DNA of 64,000 bases from Spirochaetia bacterium (GTDB lineage Bacteria > Spirochaetota > Spirochaetia > SZUA-6 > Bin103). The position numbers and the translations under genes are program-made. Numbering within the stretch: position 1 is the first letter of the stretch; each line of letters begins with the position of its first letter. The stretch is from NCBI GenBank assembly GCA_965203055.1, contig OZ241863.1, positions 4,000,001-4,064,000 on the forward strand, given 5' to 3'. Below are positions 28,228 to 41,145 of the stretch, one piece after another. The notes beneath the pieces are model-generated. The model had not been told where the DNA came from, did no database searches, and worked only from the letters and a program-made list of their open reading frames with translations.

Positions 28228-29118
28228 CTAGTCGGCGTGGAAGATGGAGAACATCATCCGCCGCGCGTGGCTCGACAGGGAGTCGTAGTTCTGCCAACCG
28301 CTGTATTGCTCGAGCTTGATGGACCCCGGCAGCGTAGCGATCAGCCCGAACACGGCGAACGGCCCGCCCTCTTCCTGCGCCTTCGTCATCTGCCCCATCA
28401 CTACGTCGTAGAGATCGTTGTAGTACTGGGCATTGTCACGCAGCACCTGCGGGTCGGTCGACACCGAGTGGGTGGTCAGGGCGTGTTCCAAATCCCATTC
28501 GCCGATGGTATTCAGAATCCTGCGGGTTCCGGTGAAGTTCTTGTCATCAACCCAGTCGGAGCCGGTGAGCGCCTGGTCCTCGTACAGGTCGGCGGTCAAT
28601 ACCACCTTCTGCCGCGGCAGGTACACCACGGTGGTCGCATCGCCGTCGCCGGGGCCGAGGTAGTGCAGTTCCACCGGCGTATCGCCGACCATGATCCGCT
28701 TGTAGTTGATGAAGCTCTCGAACGATTGCGGCACGTCATTGAACGGCGCCTCCGCCAGCGCGAATACCGGCCGGCAGTTGACGTGACAATGCACCGTCGC
28801 GTCCGGGAACAGACTGGTCCCGCCGGCGTGATCGAAATGCTCGTGCGTCAGCACGACGTGCGAGATCGGACTGTCGGTGAGCGTGCCGACGAAGTCCTGC
28901 AGCATCGGCCCCCGCAGGTTGTTTGCCGGCTCGGTCACCAGCACCTCCTCTCCCGAAACGACGACCAGGCTGCCGTAGCCCAGCGCGAACCAGTAGTATA
29001 CGCCGTCGGCAAGCTGGTTGGTGACCGGCGGCGGCATCTGCTGCGCGTGCAGGTTTACCGTCACCCCGGCCAGCGCCGCCGCCAACAAGGCGGCCCCTTT
29101 CTTGACTATCTTGGTCAC
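28228..29118 (-). CDS. secreted MBL-fold metallo-hydrolase
   Basis: Signal peptide; THEHFDHAGG (HxHxDH); GAGGAGG RBS before the GTG. Confidence 0.88.
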   Translation of the reverse strand: MTKIVKKGAALLAAALAGVTVNLHAQQMPPPVTNQLADGVYYWFALGYGSLVVVSGEEVLVTEPANNLRGPMLQDFVGTLTDSPISHVVLTHEHFDHAGGTSLFPDATVHCHVNCRPVFALAEAPFNDVPQSFESFINYKRIMVGDTPVELHYLGPGDGDATTVVYLPRQKVVLTADLYEDQALTGSDWVDDKNFTGTRRILNTIGEWDLEHALTTHSVSTDPQVLRDNAQYYNDLYDVVMGQMTKAQEEGGPFAVFGLIATLPGSIKLEQYSGWQNYDSLSSHARRMMFSIFHAD

Positions 29119-29231
29119 GATTCCGTCCTCCTCGATGTCCGATACGCGCCGCTTCCAACGGCGCTAGCCCGCAATGCTACCGCGTCCGGCCGCCGCGGTC
29201 AAACACATTTCCGCGGGCAGTCGGTAATTGC

Positions 29232-29825
<594 letters not shown>

Positions 29826-29850
29826 GCGTACTGCTCCATCGGCGCCGGGC

Positions 29851-32121
<2,271 letters not shown>

Positions 32122-32209
32122 AAGGCGCTGCATTGATAGCAGAATCCGCCGCGCGCGTCAATCCGCGTTGCTTCGGGAGTGCGGCAGTGACTACATTGGC
32201 GGCCTATCC

Positions 32210-34129
32210 ATGGCTACTTCCCTACCGCCGGCGCGGCCGCCGGGCGCCGCCCGAGAGTCGACCGCCTGGTGGCGCCTGCGGCTGCCGCCCGACATCGTGG
32301 CAACGCTCGAGGCCTCTCCCGAAGTGCTGGTGCCGCGCAGCCGCAATCAGCTCCTGAAGCTGTCCCTCGGGGAGACCGGCGGGCAGACCCAATTCGAAGT
32401 AGCCTACGAGGTACCGGGCCGCGGCCGGATCGTGGAGGCGGTGGTCACCCGCTGCCGCAACGGCGTGGCGGTGAACTACACCGAGCCCTACATGCGGCGG
32501 CGCGACCCCGACTGCATGGTGGTAGCCGACGAAGGACCGTCCGAAAAGCCGCGCTTCATCGACCGCTTCGACACCCCCTTCGCGCCGGTGCGCACCGAGA
32601 TCCTGCGTTGGCTCGGCGCGCAGGAACTGATCGCGCTGCCGTTCGTGTCCGGCGGGCGCGAGTTCGGCTACGACTCGCTGTTGATCGCTCCGCGCAACGC
32701 CGCCTTCTTCGCCGCCGCCCTGGCCGACCTGCAGGGGATGCTGCCCGGCATCGACATTGCCGACGGCTTCACGCCGCGCGCCATCATCTTCCTGGCGCCG
32801 CCGTTCCGCCACACCCACTGCGCCGGCCGCCAGGTGGTGGTCCACAACCGCATGGCGGACCGCCACGAAATCCACTCTCTCAACCTGTATCCGGGGCCGA
32901 GCGCCAAGAAGGGGGTATACGGCGTGCTGCTCACCATCGGCGAGAGCGAAGGCTGGATTACCGCCCACGGCTCGACGGTCGAGGTAGTCACCCCCTACGA
33001 CAACATCGTCACCATCATGCACGAAGGCGCCAGCGGCGGCGGCAAGAGCGAGATGTTGGAGCACGTCCACCGCGAAGCCGACGGGCGCCTGCTGCTGGGC
33101 CGCAACACCGTGACCGGCGAACGCCGCTACATCGCCATGGGGCAGACCTGCGCCTTGCGCCCGGTGACCGACGACATGGCGCTGTGCCACCCGGACCTGC
33201 GCAACGACAGCGGCCATCTGGCGGTGATGGACGCCGAAGAGGCGTGGTTCCTGCGCGTCAATCACATCGACCGCTACGGCATCGACCCCTCCTACGAGCG
33301 CCTGTCGATCCATCCCCCGGAGCCGCTGCTGTTCATGAACATGGCGGCCACCCCCGGCGCCACCTGCCTGATCTGGGAGCACGTCGAAGATGCGCCCGGG
33401 GTGCCGTGTCCCAATCCGCGGGTCATCGTGCCGCGGCGCCTGGTGGCCGGGATCGTGGACGACCCGGCGACGGTGGACGTGCGCGGCTTCGGCATCCGCA
33501 CGCCGCCCTGTACCGCCGGCGATCCCAGCTACGGCATCCCGGGCCTGCTGCACGTGCTGCCGCCGGCGCTCGCCTGGCTCTGGCGGCTGGTAGCGCCGCG
33601 CGGTTACTCCAACCCCAGCATCACGGTCGACAGCGGTCTGACCAGCGAAGGGGTCGGCTCCTACTGGCCGTTCGCCACCGGCCGGCGCGTGGTGCAGGCC
33701 AACCTCCTGCTGCGCCAGATCCGCAACACGCCGGCGACGCGCTTTACCCTGAGTCCCAATCAGCACGTCGGGGCGTGGCAGGTCGGGTTCATGCCGCAGT
33801 GGATCGCGCGCGAGTACCTGGCGCGGCGCAGCGGGGCGCGCTTTCGCCCGGACCAGCTCACCCCGGCCCGCTGCCCGCTGCTAGGTTACGCGCTGCGCTC
33901 GATGCAGATCGAAGGCGCCTTGATCCCGCAGGAGCTGTTGCAGGTGGAGCTGCAGCCGGAGGTGGGCGAAACGGGTTACGACGCCGGCGACGCCGAACTG
34001 CGCGCCTTCTTCGCCGCCACCCTGCGGCCCTATCTGAAGGAGTCGGACCTGGAACCGTTGGGGCGCAGCATCATCGAAGCCGCCCTCGATGAATGCAGCG
34101 TGGAGCAACTGGCCGCGTTCGACCTGTAG
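32210..34129 (+). CDS. DUF4914 family protein (P-loop, PEP-carboxykinase-like)
   Basis: YMRRRDPDCM, NLYPGPSAKKG, HEGASGGGKSEM, VTDDMA and SEGVGSYWPF. Confidence 0.8.
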   Translation: MATSLPPARPPGAARESTAWWRLRLPPDIVATLEASPEVLVPRSRNQLLKLSLGETGGQTQFEVAYEVPGRGRIVEAVVTRCRNGVAVNYTEPYMRRRDPDCMVVADEGPSEKPRFIDRFDTPFAPVRTEILRWLGAQELIALPFVSGGREFGYDSLLIAPRNAAFFAAALADLQGMLPGIDIADGFTPRAIIFLAPPFRHTHCAGRQVVVHNRMADRHEIHSLNLYPGPSAKKGVYGVLLTIGESEGWITAHGSTVEVVTPYDNIVTIMHEGASGGGKSEMLEHVHREADGRLLLGRNTVTGERRYIAMGQTCALRPVTDDMALCHPDLRNDSGHLAVMDAEEAWFLRVNHIDRYGIDPSYERLSIHPPEPLLFMNMAATPGATCLIWEHVEDAPGVPCPNPRVIVPRRLVAGIVDDPATVDVRGFGIRTPPCTAGDPSYGIPGLLHVLPPALAWLWRLVAPRGYSNPSITVDSGLTSEGVGSYWPFATGRRVVQANLLLRQIRNTPATRFTLSPNQHVGAWQVGFMPQWIAREYLARRSGARFRPDQLTPARCPLLGYALRSMQIEGALIPQELLQVELQPEVGETGYDAGDAELRAFFAATLRPYLKESDLEPLGRSIIEAALDECSVEQLAAFDL

Positions 34130-34175
34130 GCCGGCCGGTGCCCGCGCCGCGCGGGGGCGTGGTAGGCTGGGCGGC

Positions 34176-35627
34176 GTGCGACCGACCAACCTGCTGTTCC
34201 TGCTTTCCGACCAACACACCCGCGCCGGTCTCGGCTGCTACGGCGGCCCCGGCATCACCCCGCACCTGGACGCCCTGGCCCGGCGCGGCACCCGCTTCAC
34301 CGGCGCCTACACCAACTGTCCGATCTGCGTGCCGGCGCGCGCTTCCTTGGCCACCGGGCGCTACGTCCACGAGATCGGCTGCTGGGACAACGGCCTCCCC
34401 TACGACGGCAGCATTCCCGGTTGGGGGCATCACCTGCGCGCCGAAGGGGTCACCGTCGACGCCATCGGCAAGCTGCACTTCCGCAGCGCCGCGGACGACA
34501 ACGGCTTCGGCGCCGAAATCGAACCGCTGCACGTGGTGGAGGGGCTGGGCGACGTGCTCGGCTGCGTGCGCGACGATCCGCCGCCGCGCAACGCCCGCGC
34601 CGGCGTGCTGGGGGCGGGCCCCGGCCACTCTTCCTACCTGGCCTACGACGAGCGCAACGCCGCCAACGCCGTGGACTGGCTGCGCCGGCACGCCGCGGCC
34701 GCCGAGCCGTGGGTGCTGTTCGTGTCGTTCGTGTGCCCCCATCCGCCCTACGTCGGACCGGAGTCCTGGTACCGGCGCTACCGCCAACTGGGACCGCCGC
34801 CGATGCCGCAGTGGCAGCCGGAACAGTGGCCGCGGCATCCCGCCATCGCCGCCTTCCGGCGCTTCTTCAACGAGGAGGAGCCGTTCACCGAGGAGCAGCT
34901 GCGCAACCTCAGCGCCGCCTACTATGCCGCCTGCAGCCATCTGGACGCGCAGATCGGCCGCGTGCTGGCGGCGCTGGCCGAGCTGGAGCTGGCCGCCTCC
35001 ACCCGCGTCATCTACACCTCGGACCACGGCGAGTCGCTGGGCGCGCGCGGCCTGACCGGCAAGTTCACGCTCTACGACGAGTCGGCCGCGGTGCCGCTGA
35101 TCCTGGCCGGCCCCGATGTGCCGGCCGGGCGCGCCGTGAGCACTCCGGCCAGTCTGGTGGACTGCTACCCGACGGTGGTGGCCGCGGCGGGGGGCAGCCC
35201 CGCGCCCGGGTTGCCGGGAACCGACCTGTGGCAACTCGCCGCGGCGCCGCCGGCGGCGCGCACCGTGTTCAGCGAGTACCACGCGCTGGGCAGCAGCGCG
35301 GCCTCCTACCTGCTGCGCGACGCCCGCTACAAGTACCTCCACTACGTGGACGGGCCGCCGCAGTTGTTCGATCTGCAGGCCGACCCGGAGGAACGGCGCG
35401 ACCTGGCGGCGGCCGGGGACGCGCGCGCTCCGGCCCTGCTGCGCCGCTTCGAACGGGAGCTGCGCGAGCTGCTCGACCCGGAGGCGGTGGACCGCCGCGC
35501 CAAGGCGGATCAGGCGGCGCGGGTGGCGGCCTGCGGCGGGCGGGCGGCGGTGCTGGCGCGCGGCACCTTCGCCAACTCCCCGACGCCGGACGAGGCGCCC
35601 GCCTGGAGCCATCCGGGGGCGCGCTAG
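34176..35627 (+). CDS. sulfatase (choline-sulfatase-like)
   Basis: SDQH, CVPARASLATG (CxPxR formylglycine motif), GKLH and TSDHG. Confidence 0.92.
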   Translation: MRPTNLLFLLSDQHTRAGLGCYGGPGITPHLDALARRGTRFTGAYTNCPICVPARASLATGRYVHEIGCWDNGLPYDGSIPGWGHHLRAEGVTVDAIGKLHFRSAADDNGFGAEIEPLHVVEGLGDVLGCVRDDPPPRNARAGVLGAGPGHSSYLAYDERNAANAVDWLRRHAAAAEPWVLFVSFVCPHPPYVGPESWYRRYRQLGPPPMPQWQPEQWPRHPAIAAFRRFFNEEEPFTEEQLRNLSAAYYAACSHLDAQIGRVLAALAELELAASTRVIYTSDHGESLGARGLTGKFTLYDESAAVPLILAGPDVPAGRAVSTPASLVDCYPTVVAAAGGSPAPGLPGTDLWQLAAAPPAARTVFSEYHALGSSAASYLLRDARYKYLHYVDGPPQLFDLQADPEERRDLAAAGDARAPALLRRFERELRELLDPEAVDRRAKADQAARVAACGGRAAVLARGTFANSPTPDEAPAWSHPGAR

Positions 35628-35631
35628 CTAG

Positions 35632-37452
35632 CTAAATGCGCGCCTGATACTCGTACAGTTGCTGGTAGCGGCCGCCGGCGGCGATCAACTCGTCATGGCG
35701 CCCGCGCTCCACGATGCGGCCCTCTTCCACCACCAAGATCTGGTCCGCGCGGCGGATGGTGCTCAGACGGTGGGCGATCACCAGCGTGGTGCGGCCGGCC
35801 ATGAGCTCGGCCAGACTGTGCTGGATGAACGCCTCGCTCTCGTTGTCCAGGCTGGAGGTGGCCTCGTCCAGGATCAGCACCCGTGGATCCGCCAGGATGG
35901 CGCGCGCCAGCGCCACCCGTTGCCGCTGGCCGCCGGAGAGCTTGACCCCGCGCTCGCCGATCACGGTATCCAGCCCGGCCTCGAAGCGGTCGCTGAACTC
36001 GTCCACGTGCGCGGCCCGCACCGCCGCGCGCAGCGCTGCCTCGTCCGCGTCCGGGCGGGCGAACAGCAGGTTCTCGCGGATGGTGCCGGCAAACAGGAAC
36101 TCGTCCTGCAGCACCACGCCGAGGCGGCGGCGATAACTGTCCAGGACTACGGTGGTCAGGTCGTGGCCGTCGATGCTCACGACGCCGGAGTCGGGCACCA
36201 GAAACGAGGCCGCCAGCCCGGCGATGGTGGTCTTGCCGGACCCGGAGGTGCCCACCAGCGCGATCATGGTCCCCGCCGGCGCTTCCAGACTCACCTCGTG
36301 CAGCACCGGCGCGCCGGGGTGGTAGCCGAACGAGACCCGGTCGAAGCGAATGTCGCCGCGCACGCTCTCCAGCGCCACGGTGCGGCCCGGCTCCTCACCC
36401 TCCGGCTGCTGAGCCAATACCTCCTGCATCCGGTCCAGCCCGGCGAACGCCTCGGTGAGCTCGGTACCGATGCGGCCCATCTGGACGATCGGCGCAGTCA
36501 TGAATCCCAGGTAGAGGCTGAACGCCACGAAGTCGCCGACGGTCATCGCGCCGCGCAGAATCAGCGAGCCGCCCACGCCCATGATCAGCACGGCGCCCAG
36601 GCCCATGATCAGGGCGCCGGCGCTGGTTACCAGACTGGTGGCCGTAAGCGAGCTGCGCACCGTGGCGAAGATGCGTTCCACCCCGCGGGCAAACGCGCGC
36701 TCCTCGTGCGCTTCGGCGCGAAACCCCTTGACGACCCGAATGCCGGCCAGGGACTCGGTGAGGCGGCCGGTGACCTCGGCGGTGATGGCCCAGCGCCGGC
36801 GGTGGATCGGGCGCACCAGAGCGAACGTCCGGCCCGTCAGCAGGCCGAACACCGCCAGCGGAATCACGGTATAGAGGGTCATCGGCACGCTGATGCGAAG
36901 CAGCAGAATCACCGCCACCACCGCGGTGATTGCCCCGCCGGCCAGATGCACCAGCCCGGTGCCCACCAGGTTGCGGACCCCTTCCACGTCGGTCATCACC
37001 CGCGACACCAGCGCGCCGGTCTGGTTGTTATCGAAGAACGCCACCGGCAGGCGCTGCACGTGGCGCTGAATCCGCGCCCGCAGCACCGCGATGAGGCGTT
37101 GTCCCTGCACGCTCAACAGCCGGGTGAGCAGAAACGAGCTGCCCGCCTGGGCCAGCACCGCGCCCGCCACGGCAAGCAGCAGCACCGTGAGCAGGGCCGT
37201 ATTCCGGTTGCCGATCACGTCGTCGATCAGGTACTTGGAGGCTCCCGGCAACACCAGCCCGGCCAGGCGGTTGACGCCGATCAGGAACAATCCGAGGAGC
37301 AGCAACCAGCGCCGCGGCCAGACGACGGTGGTCAGGACGTGGCGGATGCTGACCGCGGCACCGGGGCGCGCCGCCTTGCGCGGCCCGTCCAGGGCGCCGG
37401 GCGGCGCGGCGGGCGAGGCCGTGGTGGGCGTGGTCGCGGAACGGCTGCTCAT
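35632..37452 (-). CDS. ABC exporter, fused permease/ATPase
   Basis: TM domain followed by GTSGSGKT, LSGGQRQR, LDEATSSLD and IAHRLST. Confidence 0.93.
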   Translation of the reverse strand: MSSRSATTPTTASPAAPPGALDGPRKAARPGAAVSIRHVLTTVVWPRRWLLLLGLFLIGVNRLAGLVLPGASKYLIDDVIGNRNTALLTVLLLAVAGAVLAQAGSSFLLTRLLSVQGQRLIAVLRARIQRHVQRLPVAFFDNNQTGALVSRVMTDVEGVRNLVGTGLVHLAGGAITAVVAVILLLRISVPMTLYTVIPLAVFGLLTGRTFALVRPIHRRRWAITAEVTGRLTESLAGIRVVKGFRAEAHEERAFARGVERIFATVRSSLTATSLVTSAGALIMGLGAVLIMGVGGSLILRGAMTVGDFVAFSLYLGFMTAPIVQMGRIGTELTEAFAGLDRMQEVLAQQPEGEEPGRTVALESVRGDIRFDRVSFGYHPGAPVLHEVSLEAPAGTMIALVGTSGSGKTTIAGLAASFLVPDSGVVSIDGHDLTTVVLDSYRRRLGVVLQDEFLFAGTIRENLLFARPDADEAALRAAVRAAHVDEFSDRFEAGLDTVIGERGVKLSGGQRQRVALARAILADPRVLILDEATSSLDNESEAFIQHSLAELMAGRTTLVIAHRLSTIRRADQILVVEEGRIVERGRHDELIAAGGRYQQLYEYQARI

Positions 37453-37562
37453 GGCGGCGTACTGCAAGTGTACTCATAACGCGCGCCGCGGACAGCGCCG
37501 CGGCGCTGCTTGATAGCCGCCCGGTTGCCAGCCGCCGGCGCCAGCCGTAGGCTGCCGGGACC

Positions 37563-38402
37563 ATGCAGTTCGTGATGTTCACCAAGCACCTCGCCGGCCT
37601 CTCCCTGGAGGAGTTGATTGGCGCCCTCAAGGAGGTCGGCGTCGCCGGCGCGGACTTGGCGGTGCGGCCCGGCTACCCGGTCAACCCCGATAACATGGCC
37701 GCCGAGCTGCCGCGCGCAGCGCAGCGGTTCCGCGCCGCCGGCCTGGAGCTTCCGCTGGTCACCGCTCCGACCTCCCTGACCTCCCCGGCCAGTCCCCGCG
37801 CCGAGGAGTTCTACGCCGCCTGCGGCGCCGCCGGCGTCGCGCATCTGAAGCTCGGCTACTGGCGCTGGGATCCCGAGCGGCGCTTCTGGGACCAGATCGC
37901 GGAAATCCGCGAGTGGTTGGCCACCTTTCAGGAGTGGTCGCGGCGTTACGGCGTCAAGACGGTGGTCCACAACCACTCCGGCACCTCGCTGGGGATGAAC
38001 TCCTCGCAGATGATGCACCTGGTGCAAGGCTTCGACCCGGCTCACGTGGGCGTGTTCGCCGACCCCGGCCACCTGGCGGTATGCGGGGAGCCGGTCGCCA
38101 TGGCGCTGGAGATGGTGCGCGGCTACCTGGCCTGCGTGGCCTGCAAGGATCTGCTGCGCGCGGCGCTGCCGGAGGCCGGCGGCTGGTGGGGGCGCGGCGC
38201 GCCCGCCCGCGTCTTCACGGTGCCGCTGGGCCGCGGCTTCGTGGACTACCCGGCCGCCCTGACCACCCTGCGCCGCATCGGCTTCGCCGGCACCATGAGC
38301 CTGCACAGCGAATATGACGAGCCGGTCGAGGACGTGGTGGCCATGACCCGCATCGACTTCCGCTACCTGCAGCGCCTGCTGGCCGACACCCCGCCGAACT
38401 GA
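37563..38402 (+). CDS. sugar phosphate isomerase/epimerase (TIM barrel)
   Basis: DLAVRPG, HNHSG, DPGH, VPLGRGFVDY and SLHSEY. Confidence 0.85.
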   Translation: MQFVMFTKHLAGLSLEELIGALKEVGVAGADLAVRPGYPVNPDNMAAELPRAAQRFRAAGLELPLVTAPTSLTSPASPRAEEFYAACGAAGVAHLKLGYWRWDPERRFWDQIAEIREWLATFQEWSRRYGVKTVVHNHSGTSLGMNSSQMMHLVQGFDPAHVGVFADPGHLAVCGEPVAMALEMVRGYLACVACKDLLRAALPEAGGWWGRGAPARVFTVPLGRGFVDYPAALTTLRRIGFAGTMSLHSEYDEPVEDVVAMTRIDFRYLQRLLADTPPN

Positions 38403-38454
38403 CGCGGCGCCGCTTTCGGTTGCCGGGAGTGGGGCAACCTCATAGGATAGGGGC

Positions 38455-39225
38455 GTGATCCTGCGGCTGGCTGACCTTACCCGCGAGCGGGTCGGCGAAC
38501 TGGCGCCCCATCGCCTGGCGGTGCTGCCCACGGCGTCGATCGAGCAGCACGGCCCGCATCTGCCGGTCGGGACGGATACCTTCCTGTGCGAAGCGGTGGT
38601 GACCGGCGCCGCGCAACGGGCGGCAAGCGAGATCGTGGTGGCGCCCACCCTGCGCTACGGCGACTCGGCGCACCACTTCCCGTTTCCCGGGGTGATTACC
38701 CTGTCCAGCGCCAGCTATGCGGCCGCGGTGGGCGAGTTGTGCGACTCCCTCTGGCGCTCCGGGTTCCGGCGCCTGGCGGTGATCAACGGCCACGGCGGCA
38801 ACGACCCCGGCAACGAGATCGCCGCCCGCGACCTGGTGCACCGCGGCGAACGCGAGGTCACGATCGGCGCGGCCGCCTACTGGGATATTGCGCGCCCCGC
38901 GCTGGTGGCGGAAACTGACCTGCCGAGTGCGCTGATACCCGGCCACGCGGGCCGCTTCGAAACTGCGCTGATGTTGGCAGTGCGCCCCGAGCTGGTGGAC
39001 GAGACCGCGCTGGCGCAACTTGGCGCCGGCGGCGATACCGCCGGGGGCCGCTTTCGGGGGGTAGGCGGCGGCGCCGGCGCGCGAGTCCGGGCGGCCGGCG
39101 GCTGGGAAGCGGGCGGCGGCTTCACCGACCACCCGGCCGCGGCCGACCGCGCCGCCGGCGCGCGCTACCTGGAGGTGGTGACGCGCGAGGTGGCGGCGTT
39201 TCTGGACGCCCTGGCGACCCGCTAA
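38455..39225 (+). CDS. creatininase family amidohydrolase
   Basis: SIEQHGPHLPVGTD, NGHGGN and HAGRFET. Confidence 0.92.
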   Translation: MILRLADLTRERVGELAPHRLAVLPTASIEQHGPHLPVGTDTFLCEAVVTGAAQRAASEIVVAPTLRYGDSAHHFPFPGVITLSSASYAAAVGELCDSLWRSGFRRLAVINGHGGNDPGNEIAARDLVHRGEREVTIGAAAYWDIARPALVAETDLPSALIPGHAGRFETALMLAVRPELVDETALAQLGAGGDTAGGRFRGVGGGAGARVRAAGGWEAGGGFTDHPAAADRAAGARYLEVVTREVAAFLDALATR

Positions 39226-39234
39226 AACGACGAC

Positions 39235-40104
39235 GTGAGGACTGAGGTGAAGAAACCTGACCTGGACCAAGGGGCGCGGGTACGCGCCGCCGTGACCCTG
39301 AGCCTGGTGCCGGAGGTGCGCGGCGGGCCGTTCGTGTTTTGGGACGAGATTGCGCCCGCCTGCGCCGCCGCGGCGCGGATCGGCTTCCACGGCATCGAGC
39401 TGTTTCCGTCCGCCGCGGCGGCCGTGCCGGCCGCGGAAGTGCGCGCGGCCCTGGCCGCCAACGGGCTGGCGCTGGCGGCCGTGGGCACCGGCGCGGGCGG
39501 GGTGGTGCACGGCCTGTCGTTGGCGCACCGCGACGCGGCGCAGCGGCAACGCGCCGTCGCCTTCGTACGCGCCATCATCGAGCTGGCGGCGCCGTTCGAC
39601 GCGCCGGCCATCGTCGGCTCGATGCAGGGCCGCGCCGCCCCCGGGGAGCCGCGCGGCGAAGCGTTGGCGCGCCTCGCCGACAGTCTGGCGCAGCTCGCCG
39701 AGCACGCCGCCGCGGCCGGCGGACGGGTGCTGCTGGAGCCCCTCAACCGCTACGAGACCGACCTGTGCAACACCCTGCGGCAGGGCAGCGAGCTGCTGGC
39801 CCGGGTCGGCAGCGAGCGCCTCGCGCTGCTGGCCGACCTGTTCCACATGAACATCGAAGAAGGCGACCTCGGCGCGGCCTTGGGCGCGGCCGCGGCGCGG
39901 CTCGGCCACCTGCACTTCGTGGACAGCAATCGGCGCCCGGCGGGGTGCGGGCACCTCGCCTACGGCCCCATCGCCGCGGCGCTGCGCGCGGCCGGCTACC
40001 GCGGCTGGGCCTCCGCCGAGGCGCTTCCCTACCCCGACCCGGAGGCCGCGGCATACCAGACCATCCACAGCTACCGAGCCTACCTGGAGGGATTGAACCG
40101 ATGA
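39235..40104 (+). CDS. sugar phosphate isomerase/epimerase (ketose 3-epimerase-like)
   Basis: EPLNRYE, DLFHMNIEE and HFVDSNR...GHL; exact start uncertain. Confidence 0.88.
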   Translation: MRTEVKKPDLDQGARVRAAVTLSLVPEVRGGPFVFWDEIAPACAAAARIGFHGIELFPSAAAAVPAAEVRAALAANGLALAAVGTGAGGVVHGLSLAHRDAAQRQRAVAFVRAIIELAAPFDAPAIVGSMQGRAAPGEPRGEALARLADSLAQLAEHAAAAGGRVLLEPLNRYETDLCNTLRQGSELLARVGSERLALLADLFHMNIEEGDLGAALGAAAARLGHLHFVDSNRRPAGCGHLAYGPIAAALRAAGYRGWASAEALPYPDPEAAAYQTIHSYRAYLEGLNR

Positions 40105-41123
40105 AGGCGATCAGTCTGCGCGAACCCGAGCGGTTCGAGATGATCGAGATCGACCCGCCGGCGGCGCCGGCCGCGGGCGAAGCGCTGGTGCGGGTGCGCC
40201 ACGTCGGCATCTGCGGCACCGACGTCAGCGGCTACTTCGGCAAGATGCCGCTGATGTCCTACCCGCGCATCCTCGGCCACGAGCTGGGCGTGGAAGTGCT
40301 GGCGGTCGGCGGCGGGGTGAGCAACGTGGCGACCGGCGACCGCTGCGCGGTGGAGCCCTACCTGAACTGCGTGGACCGGTGCATCGCGTGCCGGCGCGGC
40401 GCTCCCAACTGCTGCGCCACCCTGGAGGTGCTGGGCGTGCATACCGACGGCGGCATGCGCCCGCAGTTTCTGATTCCGGCGCGCAAGCTGCACGTTTCGA
40501 AGCGCCTCGACTGCGAACAACTGGCGCTGGTGGAGACCCTGGGCATCGGCGCCCACGCCGTGGACCGCGGCGCCCCCACCGCGGCCGACGCGGTATTGAT
40601 CATCGGCGCCGGTCCCATCGGCCTGGCGACCTTCGAGTTCGCGCGCCTGACCGGGGCGGTCACCATCTTCATGGACCTCAACGAGGAGCGGCTGCGCTTC
40701 GCGCGCGAGGTGATGCGCTGCGACCACACCGTGACGGCGCACGGCGACGTCGCCGGGAAACTGCGCGGCCTGACCGGCGGCGACCTGCCCAACGTGGTGT
40801 TCGACGCCACCGGCTCCAACGTATCGATGTCGCAGGCCGTCAACTACGTGGCGCCGACCGGCTGCCTGGTGTTCGTGGGCCTCACCGCGCGCGAGCTGAC
40901 GTTTCCGCACATGGCGCTGCACCGGCCCGAGCTGACCCTGCGCGCCACCCGCAACTCGCTGCCGGACAACTTCCGGCGCATCATCTCGCTGATCGAGGAG
41001 GGCCGCATCGACACCGCCCCGTGGATCACCCACCGGAGCGCGTTCGGCGACCTGATCGCCGACTTCCCCACCTACACCCGCCCGGAGAGCGGCGTCATCA
41101 AAGCCGTCGTCGGCCTCGACTGA
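40101..41123 (+). CDS. zinc-dependent dehydrogenase (sugar-acid dehydrogenase-like)
   Basis: GICGTD, GHELG, structural-Zn cysteines and GAGPIG; ATGA overlap with the upstream gene. Confidence 0.9.
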   Translation: MKAISLREPERFEMIEIDPPAAPAAGEALVRVRHVGICGTDVSGYFGKMPLMSYPRILGHELGVEVLAVGGGVSNVATGDRCAVEPYLNCVDRCIACRRGAPNCCATLEVLGVHTDGGMRPQFLIPARKLHVSKRLDCEQLALVETLGIGAHAVDRGAPTAADAVLIIGAGPIGLATFEFARLTGAVTIFMDLNEERLRFAREVMRCDHTVTAHGDVAGKLRGLTGGDLPNVVFDATGSNVSMSQAVNYVAPTGCLVFVGLTARELTFPHMALHRPELTLRATRNSLPDNFRRIISLIEEGRIDTAPWITHRSAFGDLIADFPTYTRPESGVIKAVVGLD

Positions 41124-41145
41124 CGCGCGGCGCGCCAGAGGAGAA

